From positions 9,169 through 73,168 of the IMG/VR virus record IMGVR_UViG_3300025141_011586: a stretch of DNA of 64,000 bases. One strand, 5' to 3'. This document shows, piece after piece, positions 48,529 through 57,669 of this stretch. Origin of the DNA: a virus. Under the pieces are notes generated by a model. That model did not search any database. It worked only from the letters and a program-made list of their open reading frames with translations, and was not told the origin of the DNA. Both the position numbers and the translations under genes were made by a program. Numbering within the stretch: the first letter of the stretch is position 1; every line of letters begins with the position of its first letter.

Positions 48529-50132
48529 TAGGATCTACAGGTCCAAAGGTCAGTAGGACCACATTAAATGATATCCACCACAGAGGGCCAGATTCCCGAG
48601 GCTTGTTCTGCGACGAAAATATCTCCATGGGACACACTAGGTTGGAGGTCATAGATCCAGAAAATGGCTCACAGCCCAGGGTATCTGAGGAAGTCGTTTT
48701 AGTATTCAATGGGGAAATTTATAATTACTTAGAGCTAAGATGTAACCAAGAGAAGTCTGATACCGAGGTGCTATTACAGTACTATCGAAAGCACGGGATA
48801 GAGAAAACTTTAAAAGATATAAATGGGATGTTCTCTTTTGCCTTATATGATAAGAGGAAGGGCAAACTATTTCTCGTCCGAGACCGCATTGGTATAAAGC
48901 CTATGCACTATTTCCACAGAGATGGTGAGTTAGTGTTTTGTTCTGAGATAGAGCCTATTAAAAATTTGGTGGGTTTAGAAAAATTGTCGATTGACAAGTT
49001 GGCTGTTTCTATATTTTTCAGTTTGTATTACATCCCGTCTCCTCTGACCATATGGAAAGAAATACGGAGCCTGAGACCAGGGCACTATGTGGAGTATGAT
49101 ATAAGCTCTGATAGTTTTTGTGATAAAGAGTATTGGAGCTTGCCTCGCCCTACAAAAAATAAACAAAGCCTCGATGACTTGGAAAACCTATTAAGCCATT
49201 CTGTAAGATTGCGAACTCGCAGTGATGTGCCGTATGGGGCGTACCTTTCAGGAGGGGTAGATTCATCGTTGATCGTGAAGTGTATGTCAGACTTGGATGA
49301 AGGTGTTTCAACTTTTACAGCACAGATAAATGATGAGGAGTTGGATGAGAGTTCATACGCCGCTTACGTAGCGTCCGCGTGTGAAACGGATCATACTAAC
49401 CTGGAAGTAAACTATGGAGATATAACTTTAAATTTCCTAAGAAAGATCAGTGCTAACTTTGGGCAACCGTTCGCAGATTCCTCAATCATACCTACCTATC
49501 TCATCTCTAAAAAGATTTCTGAAAATGTCACAGTTGCGTTGGGGGGAGATGGTGCAGACGAGTTATTTTGTGGGTATGATAAGTATAGCCGTATAGAAGA
49601 TAAAAATGAGTTCAAGTTTTTTAGGAATGATGATTTAAGTTTTTTAAACAAGGGTTATGTCTGCAATAATATTTTATATCTCAACTCCTTGCTTCCTTAT
49701 TCTGTGGATTCCGACATCGAGTTTATGAGGCTTTTAGATATACATGTTTTTCTGGAGGGAGACATTCTTCAGAAGGTTGATAGGACCAGTATGGCAAACT
49801 CTCTAGAGGTAAGAGTTCCATTTTTAGATCATAGAATCGTTGAGCTTTCCAACAATTTAAACTATGATATTTTATACGGGAAGCCAAGAAAGGCTGCGCT
49901 GAAGAATATCCTATCTAAGTATTTCCCAGGAGATTTCGTAAAGCGACCTAAAATTGGTTTCATGCTCAATATGGGAGGTTGGGTTGATAAGCTCTTCTCC
50001 CGAATAAAGTCCTTTAAGGTATTTGAGGACAACATATTTGTTAAGGATTTCAACTTTTCTGGCGTGAAAGATAATTATCTTAAATTTGCAATAATCATGT
50101 TCTCTTTATGGTATGAGGATGTCTATGCGTAG
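48516..50132 (+). CDS. asnB: Asparagine synthase-like glutamine amidotransferase
   Basis: MCG start, HRGPD, NGEIYN, LSGGVDSS, GDGADELF, EVRVPFLD. Confidence 0.93.
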   Translation: MCGLIGSTGPKVSRTTLNDIHHRGPDSRGLFCDENISMGHTRLEVIDPENGSQPRVSEEVVLVFNGEIYNYLELRCNQEKSDTEVLLQYYRKHGIEKTLKDINGMFSFALYDKRKGKLFLVRDRIGIKPMHYFHRDGELVFCSEIEPIKNLVGLEKLSIDKLAVSIFFSLYYIPSPLTIWKEIRSLRPGHYVEYDISSDSFCDKEYWSLPRPTKNKQSLDDLENLLSHSVRLRTRSDVPYGAYLSGGVDSSLIVKCMSDLDEGVSTFTAQINDEELDESSYAAYVASACETDHTNLEVNYGDITLNFLRKISANFGQPFADSSIIPTYLISKKISENVTVALGGDGADELFCGYDKYSRIEDKNEFKFFRNDDLSFLNKGYVCNNILYLNSLLPYSVDSDIEFMRLLDIHVFLEGDILQKVDRTSMANSLEVRVPFLDHRIVELSNNLNYDILYGKPRKAALKNILSKYFPGDFVKRPKIGFMLNMGGWVDKLFSRIKSFKVFEDNIFVKDFNFSGVKDNYLKFAIIMFSLWYEDVYA

Positions 50133-50745
50133 CCCTGAAGTATCGATCATAGTAACGAATTATAACTACGGAAAGTTTGTGGCGAGGTGTATAAGAAGCT
50201 GCTTGGCACAAAAAAACGTTTGCGTGGAAGTCATCGTCGTGGATGATAACAGTTCCGATGAGTCTGCGGAGATTTTAGACCCGTTTAAGCAGGATGTTAA
50301 ATTTATTCGCAACGGGAGAAATCTAGGGGTAGCAATGTCTGCTAATAGAGGAATAAGAGCAGCCAAATCCCAGTTTGTGATCAGAGTCGATGCGGATGAT
50401 TTCATATCCAGCGATATGTGCTATTTCATGAAGACATACCTGGAAGCAAATCACGATGCTTTTTGTGTCTCGTGTGATTATTTTATGGTGGACGAATATG
50501 AGAATGTCATCGAGAGGAAATACGCAGAAAAGGATGATATCTCCTGTGGCATAATGTATCGTAGAGACCTACTTTTAGAGTCAGGAGGATACAACCCTAA
50601 GATGAGGCATAAAGAGGAAAAAGAATTGCGAAAAAGACTAGGGGAATACTATAATATACATCATCTGAGGATTCCTTTTTACAGGTATAGGATGCATAAC
50701 TTCAATAAAACCAAGAGTAAGGAATACGAGGAGACCAAGATCTGA
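50113..50745 (+). CDS. Glycosyltransferase family 2
   Basis: VSIIVTNYNYG, VDDNSSD, VDADD. Confidence 0.9.
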   Translation: MRMSMRSPEVSIIVTNYNYGKFVARCIRSCLAQKNVCVEVIVVDDNSSDESAEILDPFKQDVKFIRNGRNLGVAMSANRGIRAAKSQFVIRVDADDFISSDMCYFMKTYLEANHDAFCVSCDYFMVDEYENVIERKYAEKDDISCGIMYRRDLLLESGGYNPKMRHKEEKELRKRLGEYYNIHHLRIPFYRYRMHNFNKTKSKEYEETKI

Positions 50746-50747
50746 CG

Positions 50748-50969
50748 ATGTTCACAATATTTTTAATTTACATTTTATACTGCTATAAGAATTTTTTGCC
50801 GGTGCTATGGTATGATTGGGTTCTCCTTTGTGCCGTTTTCATCGGGTCCCTTTTTTGGGACCTCTGTAAAATATCTTACGCAACAGCTATAACGAGAAGA
50901 GATTTAAATGAGTCACTCAAGGCCAGAAATCAAAATCAAGAAACTTCATTCTTTAGCAAGATTACCTGA
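50748..50969 (+). CDS. Small membrane protein
   Basis: 73 aa with two hydrophobic stretches. Confidence 0.5.
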   Translation: MFTIFLIYILYCYKNFLPVLWYDWVLLCAVFIGSLFWDLCKISYATAITRRDLNESLKARNQNQETSFFSKIT

Positions 50970-51351
50970 AAGGCAGACTTCGGGAGCGGTAGGGTATGAT
51001 ATATGCACGGTGGAAGAGACTTTCTTTCCTCCAGGGGAGGTAACTCTGGTAAGGACGGGAATTTCCATAGAGCTTCCAGAAGGGTATCATGCTGAGTTAT
51101 ACACAAGAAGTTCCTGGGGAAAGCGTGGTCTCCATTTGGCTAACGGAGTGGGTATTATAGATTGTGACTACCGTGGCGAGTTAATTTTTTCGTATGCTAA
51201 TATAAGTGCTGGGAGACATTCTATTCACCCAGGTGTCAGAGTAGGGCAGTTGTTAATTAGAAAAACGCATGTTTTAGATGTAGTGGAAGTAGATAATTTG
51301 AGCAGCACAGAGCGGGATGACGGTGGATTCGGTTCCACTGGAGAAATCTAA
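50908..51351 (+). CDS. dut: dUTPase (trimeric)
   Basis: GAVGYD, RSS, GIIDCDYRGE, RDDGGFGSTG. Confidence 0.95.
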   Translation: MSHSRPEIKIKKLHSLARLPERQTSGAVGYDICTVEETFFPPGEVTLVRTGISIELPEGYHAELYTRSSWGKRGLHLANGVGIIDCDYRGELIFSYANISAGRHSIHPGVRVGQLLIRKTHVLDVVEVDNLSSTERDDGGFGSTGEI

Positions 51352-51363
51352 GGAATATATGCG

Positions 51364-52569
51364 ATGCCATGGACGGAGGATGGTAAATACATTAAAAGGA
51401 GCGAACTCATGAATTTAAACATACCTGATTTGGATATTGAAGATTTTGAACCTGATCTTGACGCAGTGAAAGATGAGGTTATTGACGCTGCCAGTGGCGC
51501 GATGGTCTATGGGATTATAGGGACGGGTCAAGGCGGAGGAAGGATAGCTAAAGCGTTCTACGACCTTGGCTACCACAAGACTGTCGCAGTTAATACAGCG
51601 AAGGCTGATCTAGCCCTGCTAGAGCTTCCTGACAACCACAAACTCCATATAGATACCTTCACGGATCAAGGTGCAGGCAAGGATCAAGAGCGGGGGAAGC
51701 AAGCTGTTGAAGAGAAGAGCCAAGAAGTATTCAATAAGCTCAGAGAGATTTTTGGAGAACGGATAGACAGAATCCTGGTATGCGCGGGGACTGCTGGAGG
51801 CACTGGTGGTGGAAGCGTAACGACCCTGGTAGGAATTGCTAAGAGATATTTCACCTACGTAGGCAAAGAGGACGCGAACAACAGAGTTGGGGTGGTTGCC
51901 TCTCTACCAACAGATGGTGAATGTGCGTCCCCTACGGTTGCTAAGAATGCATATACCAGGGTCACTGATCTGTGTGATAAAGCGAAAAAGGGCGAGTTTG
52001 CCCCGCTTATTCTAGTGGACAACCAGAAGATTAAGAAGCTTTACCCGAGTCTGACAGTCAAGCAATTTTGGCCTACCTTAAATAATACTATCGCGGGATT
52101 GTTTCATGTGTTCAACGCCTTGGCTACGCAGAATTCTAACTATACAACTTTTGATCCTGCCGATTATGATTCCATTATGAGGGCTAAGGGCTGCATGATC
52201 ATGGGCGTTACGAATGTTAAGAATTTTGAGGAGGAGACAGCCCTGTCTATGGCTCTAAAGCAAAATCTGGAGAAGACTCTGTTGGCGGAGGGATTCAATT
52301 TGAGGACTGCCAAGGCTGCTGCTTCTATAGTGGTTGGAGGATCTACCCTCTTCGAGGAAGTGGCTGGACTGATGGATTCTATTGAGTATGGTTTCGATAC
52401 ACTTGGAACTATGACTGGTGGAGCAACCGTGCATCGCGGTATTTATGAGGATGAGAAGAAGCAAAGTCTTGTTGCCTATACGATAGTTGGTGGGCTTGAT
52501 TCTCCGACGAAGAGAATAGAGGGGCTTAAAAAGTTTTTGAGATCGTCGGATGACGTATACGGAGAATAA
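51364..52569 (+). CDS. Tubulin/FtsZ-family GTPase
   Basis: GTGQGGGRIA, AVNTAKAD, GAGKD, GTAGGTGGG signature, LVDN, FDPADY. Confidence 0.9.
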   Translation: MPWTEDGKYIKRSELMNLNIPDLDIEDFEPDLDAVKDEVIDAASGAMVYGIIGTGQGGGRIAKAFYDLGYHKTVAVNTAKADLALLELPDNHKLHIDTFTDQGAGKDQERGKQAVEEKSQEVFNKLREIFGERIDRILVCAGTAGGTGGGSVTTLVGIAKRYFTYVGKEDANNRVGVVASLPTDGECASPTVAKNAYTRVTDLCDKAKKGEFAPLILVDNQKIKKLYPSLTVKQFWPTLNNTIAGLFHVFNALATQNSNYTTFDPADYDSIMRAKGCMIMGVTNVKNFEEETALSMALKQNLEKTLLAEGFNLRTAKAAASIVVGGSTLFEEVAGLMDSIEYGFDTLGTMTGGATVHRGIYEDEKKQSLVAYTIVGGLDSPTKRIEGLKKFLRSSDDVYGE

Positions 52570-53579
52570 TGAACGAAGAAGTTTTTAAGAGGTTGAAGGG
52601 GGCTGGATTACTTTCTGACCAGCCGATGGATTTAGGTTTAGTTCCAACAGGTTCTATGGCTCTAAATATGGTTGTATCAGGTAAATATGATGGGGGAATT
52701 CCCGTAGGAGGGATTACCCAGATAAAAGGGGAGTCTTCAACCGCTAAAACTGTTTTCGTTACAGGTATTTTAAGGGCAGCGCAAAAGAAGGGATATTATG
52801 CAGTCCTAGCTGACAGTGAGAATGCTTATAATGTTGATTTCGCAAAGATGCTGGGGATAGATCCCACTAGGCTGTTCTATCACGCCCCAGAAAGTATAGA
52901 GGAGTCTTTTGAATATATTGAAAACACTATTAACCAGATTAGGGATATGGATCCTGATACTCCTATTGTGGTCGGTTATGATAGTATCGCTGTTAGCCCT
53001 ACTCGCAAGGAGCTAAAGGGTGAGGACTACGAGCAGTCTCAGATTGATGGAGCCTACAGGGCTAAGATAACTGGCGGGTGCCTTCGTAAGATAAACCCTA
53101 TACTACGCAAAAAGAGGGTAGCGTTGGTGATCGTTAACCAGCTTAGAAGTAAGGTGGGAGTCATGTATGGAAGCCCTGATACTAACGCTGCGGGAGGTAG
53201 AGCCTTGGAATACTATCTAGCTGTGGATCTTAAAACTATATCAAACAAGACCTCTGACCTTCTCAGGAATGAGAACAAGAAGATTATAGGTATCAGAGGC
53301 ACTGTGAGGAACACCAAGAATAAAGTTTCTATGCCTTACAGGGAGTGTGAGTTCGAGCTTATGTATGATAAAGGGTTGACTGAGGACTTCGGTTTGCTGA
53401 AGAGTTTAGTTGAAGAGGGGCATATCTCTAAGAACGGAGCTTGGTATAATTGTGGAGATAAAAAGTTTCAAAACATAGATTCTTTCCGTAAACTTTTGGA
53501 GGACAAGAGTTTAGAGGAATTTGATGAAGTGAGAAAAATTTTGAAAGTTGATTTGACAAAGAAGATAGAATCACTATAA
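52569..53579 (+). CDS. recA: RecA/UvsX recombinase
   Basis: GESSTAKT, DSENA, YDSIA, NQLRSKVG, GGRALEYY, KNKV. Confidence 0.93.
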   Translation: MNEEVFKRLKGAGLLSDQPMDLGLVPTGSMALNMVVSGKYDGGIPVGGITQIKGESSTAKTVFVTGILRAAQKKGYYAVLADSENAYNVDFAKMLGIDPTRLFYHAPESIEESFEYIENTINQIRDMDPDTPIVVGYDSIAVSPTRKELKGEDYEQSQIDGAYRAKITGGCLRKINPILRKKRVALVIVNQLRSKVGVMYGSPDTNAAGGRALEYYLAVDLKTISNKTSDLLRNENKKIIGIRGTVRNTKNKVSMPYRECEFELMYDKGLTEDFGLLKSLVEEGHISKNGAWYNCGDKKFQNIDSFRKLLEDKSLEEFDEVRKILKVDLTKKIESL

Positions 53580-53580
53580 T
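53553..53580 (+). promoter_or_regulatory. Consensus sigma70 promoter
   Basis: TTGACA-16 nt-TATAAT upstream of ATG 53592. Confidence 0.65.
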
Positions 53581-53591
53581 AGGATAAGTAA

Positions 53592-53858
53592 ATGAGCGAA
53601 GTATCAAACAAATTGGTTAGGTTCCTTGAGGACGCTTTCGAGCGAGTCTTTCAAAAGAAAGATTTGTCCGAGATGTCGGATTCTTTGGAAATTTCTAAAT
53701 GTTCATTTGAATATAAGACTCTGGAAGAGTATACTGAGGCGGGAAACAGGTTCAGGAGAACCAAGTCTCAGATGGAACGCAACCTCCCTAGGGAGGAAGC
53801 CTTCGAAGAGTACAAACAACAAAAACTAAAAGGAAAAGAGAATGTCAGTCCAAACTAA
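53592..53858 (+). CDS. Hypothetical protein
   Basis: 88 aa ORF downstream of the promoter. Confidence 0.55.
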   Translation: MSEVSNKLVRFLEDAFERVFQKKDLSEMSDSLEISKCSFEYKTLEEYTEAGNRFRRTKSQMERNLPREEAFEEYKQQKLKGKENVSPN

Positions 53859-54636
53859 ACTGAAGAACTACTCAGAGCTTAATGTCCAAGCCCCTGCGAT
53901 TTTTGCAGAAGCACCAGCGGCTCATGTCTCCAAGAACTACAAGTTTGTCCCTACCTACAAGGTGCTGGAAATGTTTGCCGATCAAGGCTGGGAGCCTTAC
54001 AGCGCAAACCAAGTTAAGGGTAGGACTGTTGATGCGGATATGACTGCGAAGCACGTTGTTCGTATGAGGCATAGGGACCTCACGCTGAAGGAAGTTGGAG
54101 ACACGATCCCTGAGCTGGTGTGCGTTAATGCTCACAATTGGCAATCTGGGTATAAGCTTCTCTCTGGCCTGTTCAGGCTAGTGTGCTCAAATGGCATGAT
54201 TGTCCAGGATCAGAGCTTCGGAGAACCTGTCCACCTCCGCCACGAGGGAGTCACTGGAGAGGTGGTGTATAACCTTTCCCAGAAGTTCTGTAAGGAGTCC
54301 ATGAAAAATGTCGAGGAGGTCTTTCGGTGGAAGAATATTGATCTGTCCACAGACCAAAAGCGAGAGTTCGCCCAAAAGGCAACCGCCCTCCGCTGGGAAG
54401 CGGTTCCTGAGGAGTTCACAAACGAACTTCTCCGAGTTCGCCGCCCTCAGGATAAGGGAGACGATCTCTGGTCCACGTTTAATGTTGTTCAGGAGAACCT
54501 GATCAGAGGTGGTTGGTACAACTCTGATACACGCAGGATGGTGCGCCCTATTGTAAATATCACCAAGGATATTGATATCAATTCAAATCTTTGGGAGCTA
54601 GCATCTGGATATGTTCCTGATTTTTGGAACAACTGA
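53842..54636 (+). CDS. DUF932/DUF945-family protein
   Basis: VSKNYKFVPT, GLFRLVCSNG, DLWSTFNVVQENLIRGG. Confidence 0.8.
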   Translation: MSVQTKLKNYSELNVQAPAIFAEAPAAHVSKNYKFVPTYKVLEMFADQGWEPYSANQVKGRTVDADMTAKHVVRMRHRDLTLKEVGDTIPELVCVNAHNWQSGYKLLSGLFRLVCSNGMIVQDQSFGEPVHLRHEGVTGEVVYNLSQKFCKESMKNVEEVFRWKNIDLSTDQKREFAQKATALRWEAVPEEFTNELLRVRRPQDKGDDLWSTFNVVQENLIRGGWYNSDTRRMVRPIVNITKDIDINSNLWELASGYVPDFWNN

Positions 54637-54685
54637 CCTAAATAATACTGGTGGGGGGGCAAAATCTCCTCCACTGGTAAGACCT

Positions 54686-55003
54686 ATGAAGAGTAAATTC
54701 AGATCACCTCTGTACCTAGACGATGATCATCTGTATATAACGGAGGCACAGCTACAGTTTTACATCAATGGGCTGGAAAATCCAACCAAGATTTCTGACA
54801 TAATGTCAGGAGGCACGGTTTCTGTGAAGTTCATGGATTACTACGAGAAGTGTGTGGCCTATAATTTAATATGGGACCTCTCGCAGAGCTTCCCAAAGTC
54901 TTCACAGATGTACTGGGACGATGCGGTTATGGAGTTCAAGATAACATTCCCTAAAACAGGGATTGTGGCAAGGAACTTGAAAAAGCATGGACTGAGGTTT
55001 TAA
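54686..55003 (+). CDS. Hypothetical protein
   Basis: ORF; start moved to ATG 54686. Confidence 0.5.
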   Translation: MKSKFRSPLYLDDDHLYITEAQLQFYINGLENPTKISDIMSGGTVSVKFMDYYEKCVAYNLIWDLSQSFPKSSQMYWDDAVMEFKITFPKTGIVARNLKKHGLRF

Positions 55004-55006
55004 GAT

Positions 55007-55288
55007 ATGAGTTACTTTAAATACATCATATATTTTTTACTGAGCGTTAGTGATGCGCTCATTAATTTGTCTTGCTCGATTTTCAGATATTATCCAGCGG
55101 TGGATATATCCTCGATGTTCCTGAGCAAGGTCGAGTTACGAAGGGTCAATAAACTTATTGGCGAAAGACAGGAAGATAAGAAAAAACTTTCCGACGATAC
55201 GTTGGGACAGATAGAAGAGATACGATATGGGAAAGACTTACCGAAAAGAGAGGAACTGGGACAGACCCAGGCCAAAAAGAAAATTTAA
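55007..55288 (+). CDS. Hypothetical protein
   Basis: 93 aa with a hydrophobic N-terminus. Confidence 0.45.
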   Translation: MSYFKYIIYFLLSVSDALINLSCSIFRYYPAVDISSMFLSKVELRRVNKLIGERQEDKKKLSDDTLGQIEEIRYGKDLPKREELGQTQAKKKI

Positions 55289-55421
55289 GAAATCCTCCTC
55301 CGAGGATAATACAGGAGAAATAGACAATGCCTACGACTTACGTTTTGAAGAAGCCAGTGATGGACGCAAATCGAATTCAAAAAATAGCAAAGAAGATTCT
55401 AGACGAAACGGCAGACGATAG
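55227..55421 (+). CDS. Small hypothetical protein
   Basis: 64 aa; MGKTYRK start; overlaps both neighbours. Confidence 0.4.
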   Translation: MGKTYRKERNWDRPRPKRKFKKSSSEDNTGEIDNAYDLRFEEASDGRKSNSKNSKEDSRRNGRR

Positions 55422-55653
55422 AAGCAAAGCTCTCGAAACCTACGATTTTTTCAGGCGGAGAGTAGAGCAGAACCCTGATGATGGTGATTCCAAGCGAGCG
55501 ATGGTGGAGTGCCTGAAGCTAGCACAGAATTCCAAGGGTTCAACGCTCAAGCTGGTTGATTTGTTTGTTAAAATGGGTTTGGGTGATATGAAGGATCCCC
55601 AGGTGAATCTGAGTTTTGATAATTTAACATCTTTAGTAGAAAATAATAAGTAA
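55360..55653 (+). CDS. Hypothetical protein
   Basis: Helical ORF coupled (TAATG) to the Clp ATPase gene. Confidence 0.55.
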   Translation: MDANRIQKIAKKILDETADDRSKALETYDFFRRRVEQNPDDGDSKRAMVECLKLAQNSKGSTLKLVDLFVKMGLGDMKDPQVNLSFDNLTSLVENNK

Positions 55654-57026
55654 TGTTTAAAGACCCCCCATACAAGGTGGTGTGTCCAATTTTGGACATC
55701 ATACTCCTGATCAAAAAATATACTCCTACTGAGCTTGAAGTCGTTCACAAGCTTCTCAAGGCCAAGATAAACTTAGCTAAAACGCCTATCCAGGTTGCCA
55801 GCTACGTCGAGTTCTTGATTAAGTATTTCGTTATGCATTCCGAAGATTTGGAAAAGATTATAGGAGCGGAGGATGAAGGGGATAGAAGATTCGTCCTACA
55901 GGCTATATATGATTGTATAGTGGAACTATATCCCCCATTCAGATTGGATATAATTTGTAATGATATCAACTCCGACATTTTCATGCAGACCGTTGCTTCT
56001 GGTGTGGCAACGGAGCAAAAAGAGTTATACTCGGAATACCTCAAGAGATCTTCTTCCGCTGGGAAGTTCTCAGCGCAGCGTGAGAAATTAGTACCAAGTG
56101 GAATACAGTCATTGCGGGACATAAAAAGAATTGAAAAGAATCTCAAGAAGAATATAGTTGGCCAAGATGACGCTATAGATTCTGTTATAGCCAACTTGAA
56201 ACTTCTTGCGGCAGGCTTATTTAAGAAGGGTTCATTCTTTTTCATAGGCCCCACAGGCGTAGGTAAGACCCAGCTAGCTCGTCTACTAGGGAAACAATTT
56301 AGTGGGCACTTCTACAAAATTAATTGTGCGGAGTATGCTGGGGGTCATGAGTATTCAAAGCTTATTGGTTCTCCCCCTGGGTATGTTGGTCACGTAGAGA
56401 AGAGTCTATTGGCAGAGATGGCAGAGAAGTCTAAAAAGTGGATCCTTCTCTTTGATGAGATTGAGAAGGCCAGCCCTAAATTTATGAATTTTCTTCTGTC
56501 GCTTTTAGATGACGGTACGGTCACAGATAATATGGGGAAGGTTCTCGACTTCAGTGAGTCCATCTTTGTATTTACAAGTAACCAAGGGATATCCGAGGTA
56601 AAGTATGGAGACCAACTGGGTTTCTCTAAAGAAAAGCAAACCTACGAGAAGAGCCGAGAGGAGGTCATGAAGTCCGTCAAGAAGAGATTCAGTCCAGAGT
56701 TCTTGAACAGAATTGATAATTTCATATTCTTTAAGTCCCTCTCTATGGATGCTGTGAAGAAGATTGCGTCATTGGAGATGAAGAACATCCCTATTAAAAA
56801 GACGAAATCTCTTTTGTCTTACATTGTAGAGAATTCTTACTCCGAGGAATACGGAGCCAGGAATATAGCAAGGTTCATAAAGAATAGGGTGGCGGTTAAA
56901 GCTGCTGATGCTATCCTCGAAGGTAAAGTTCCTACGAACGGAGGAAGGGTATACACTCCCAGGATATCCAAATCTGGAGAATTAGAATTAATTCGCTTGA
57001 CAAAAGCTAAAGAAGAGCTAGAATAG
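55653..57026 (+). CDS. Clp/Hsp100-type AAA+ ATPase (single D2-like module)
   Basis: IVGQDDAI, GPTGVGKT, LIGSPPGYVG, LFDEIEKA, FTSN, LGF, FSPEFLNRID, YGAR. Confidence 0.9.
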   Translation: MFKDPPYKVVCPILDIILLIKKYTPTELEVVHKLLKAKINLAKTPIQVASYVEFLIKYFVMHSEDLEKIIGAEDEGDRRFVLQAIYDCIVELYPPFRLDIICNDINSDIFMQTVASGVATEQKELYSEYLKRSSSAGKFSAQREKLVPSGIQSLRDIKRIEKNLKKNIVGQDDAIDSVIANLKLLAAGLFKKGSFFFIGPTGVGKTQLARLLGKQFSGHFYKINCAEYAGGHEYSKLIGSPPGYVGHVEKSLLAEMAEKSKKWILLFDEIEKASPKFMNFLLSLLDDGTVTDNMGKVLDFSESIFVFTSNQGISEVKYGDQLGFSKEKQTYEKSREEVMKSVKKRFSPEFLNRIDNFIFFKSLSMDAVKKIASLEMKNIPIKKTKSLLSYIVENSYSEEYGARNIARFIKNRVAVKAADAILEGKVPTNGGRVYTPRISKSGELELIRLTKAKEELE

Positions 57027-57031
57027 GGAGC

Positions 57032-57226
57032 ATGAAGAAACAAAAGCGACACCTCTACGGTTATTTTAGGAAGGAAGCTCTGGCTTTAGAACATCTTAAA
57101 AAGATGAAGAAGTGTGATAGGGGCACAAACAAGTCCTTTAAATATTTCGTAGAGGAAAGAGACAGGCAGAAGGCTGGAAGAAAGAGTTGGATTGCATACC
57201 GTCTAGAGCAAAGGAGCCAAGCATGA
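57032..57226 (+). CDS. Small basic hypothetical protein
   Basis: 64 aa, ggag RBS. Confidence 0.5.
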   Translation: MKKQKRHLYGYFRKEALALEHLKKMKKCDRGTNKSFKYFVEERDRQKAGRKSWIAYRLEQRSQA

Positions 57227-57669
57227 ATACCTCTACAAATTACCATCCAACAGCGATAGCTCGCACAAAACCTTCCGCGCCTGCTAAGTGGCTTTATGAG
57301 AATAGAAACATCCAAGGCCCTGTGCTGGACTATGGTTGTGGGCGTGGAGTTGATGTGGAACATTTTGATATTGAAGGGTATGATCCCCATAGCCCCTCTT
57401 ACCAATCCCCTCCACCTAAATTTTCATACCGCACTATCTTTTGCACCTACGTTTTGAATGTCCTCCCTACCTCTCACGAAAGATATGATGTTATTTTCGA
57501 GGTAAGAAGACTTCTTGCCAAAGATGGAGTTGCTTACATCTCAGTTCGGGCCGATAAAACAAAATTAAATGGTTGGACAAGCAAAGGCACCTACCAGACC
57601 TTTGTTGATTTAGATTATCCTATCGTCCATCGTACTTCTGGTTATATCATTTACGAAGTAAAGATCTAG
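57223..57669 (+). CDS. Class I SAM-dependent methyltransferase
   Basis: TAIART, VLDYGCGRG, GYDP, YVLNV motifs. Confidence 0.8.
   Translation: MNTSTNYHPTAIARTKPSAPAKWLYENRNIQGPVLDYGCGRGVDVEHFDIEGYDPHSPSYQSPPPKFSYRTIFCTYVLNVLPTSHERYDVIFEVRRLLAKDGVAYISVRADKTKLNGWTSKGTYQTFVDLDYPIVHRTSGYIIYEVKI

Noticed and set aside
36736-50745. Bacterial O-antigen/capsule locus (host contamination)
   Set aside because: No wzx/wzy/wzm/wzt or priming transferase; same composition, strand and promoter style as the flanking phage genes, and contiguous with SSB and dUTPase
51364-52569. Nucleus-forming (chimallivirus) phage assignment based on tubulin
   Set aside because: No chimallin or multisubunit RNA polymerase genes in the window; structural and transcription genes are T4-like
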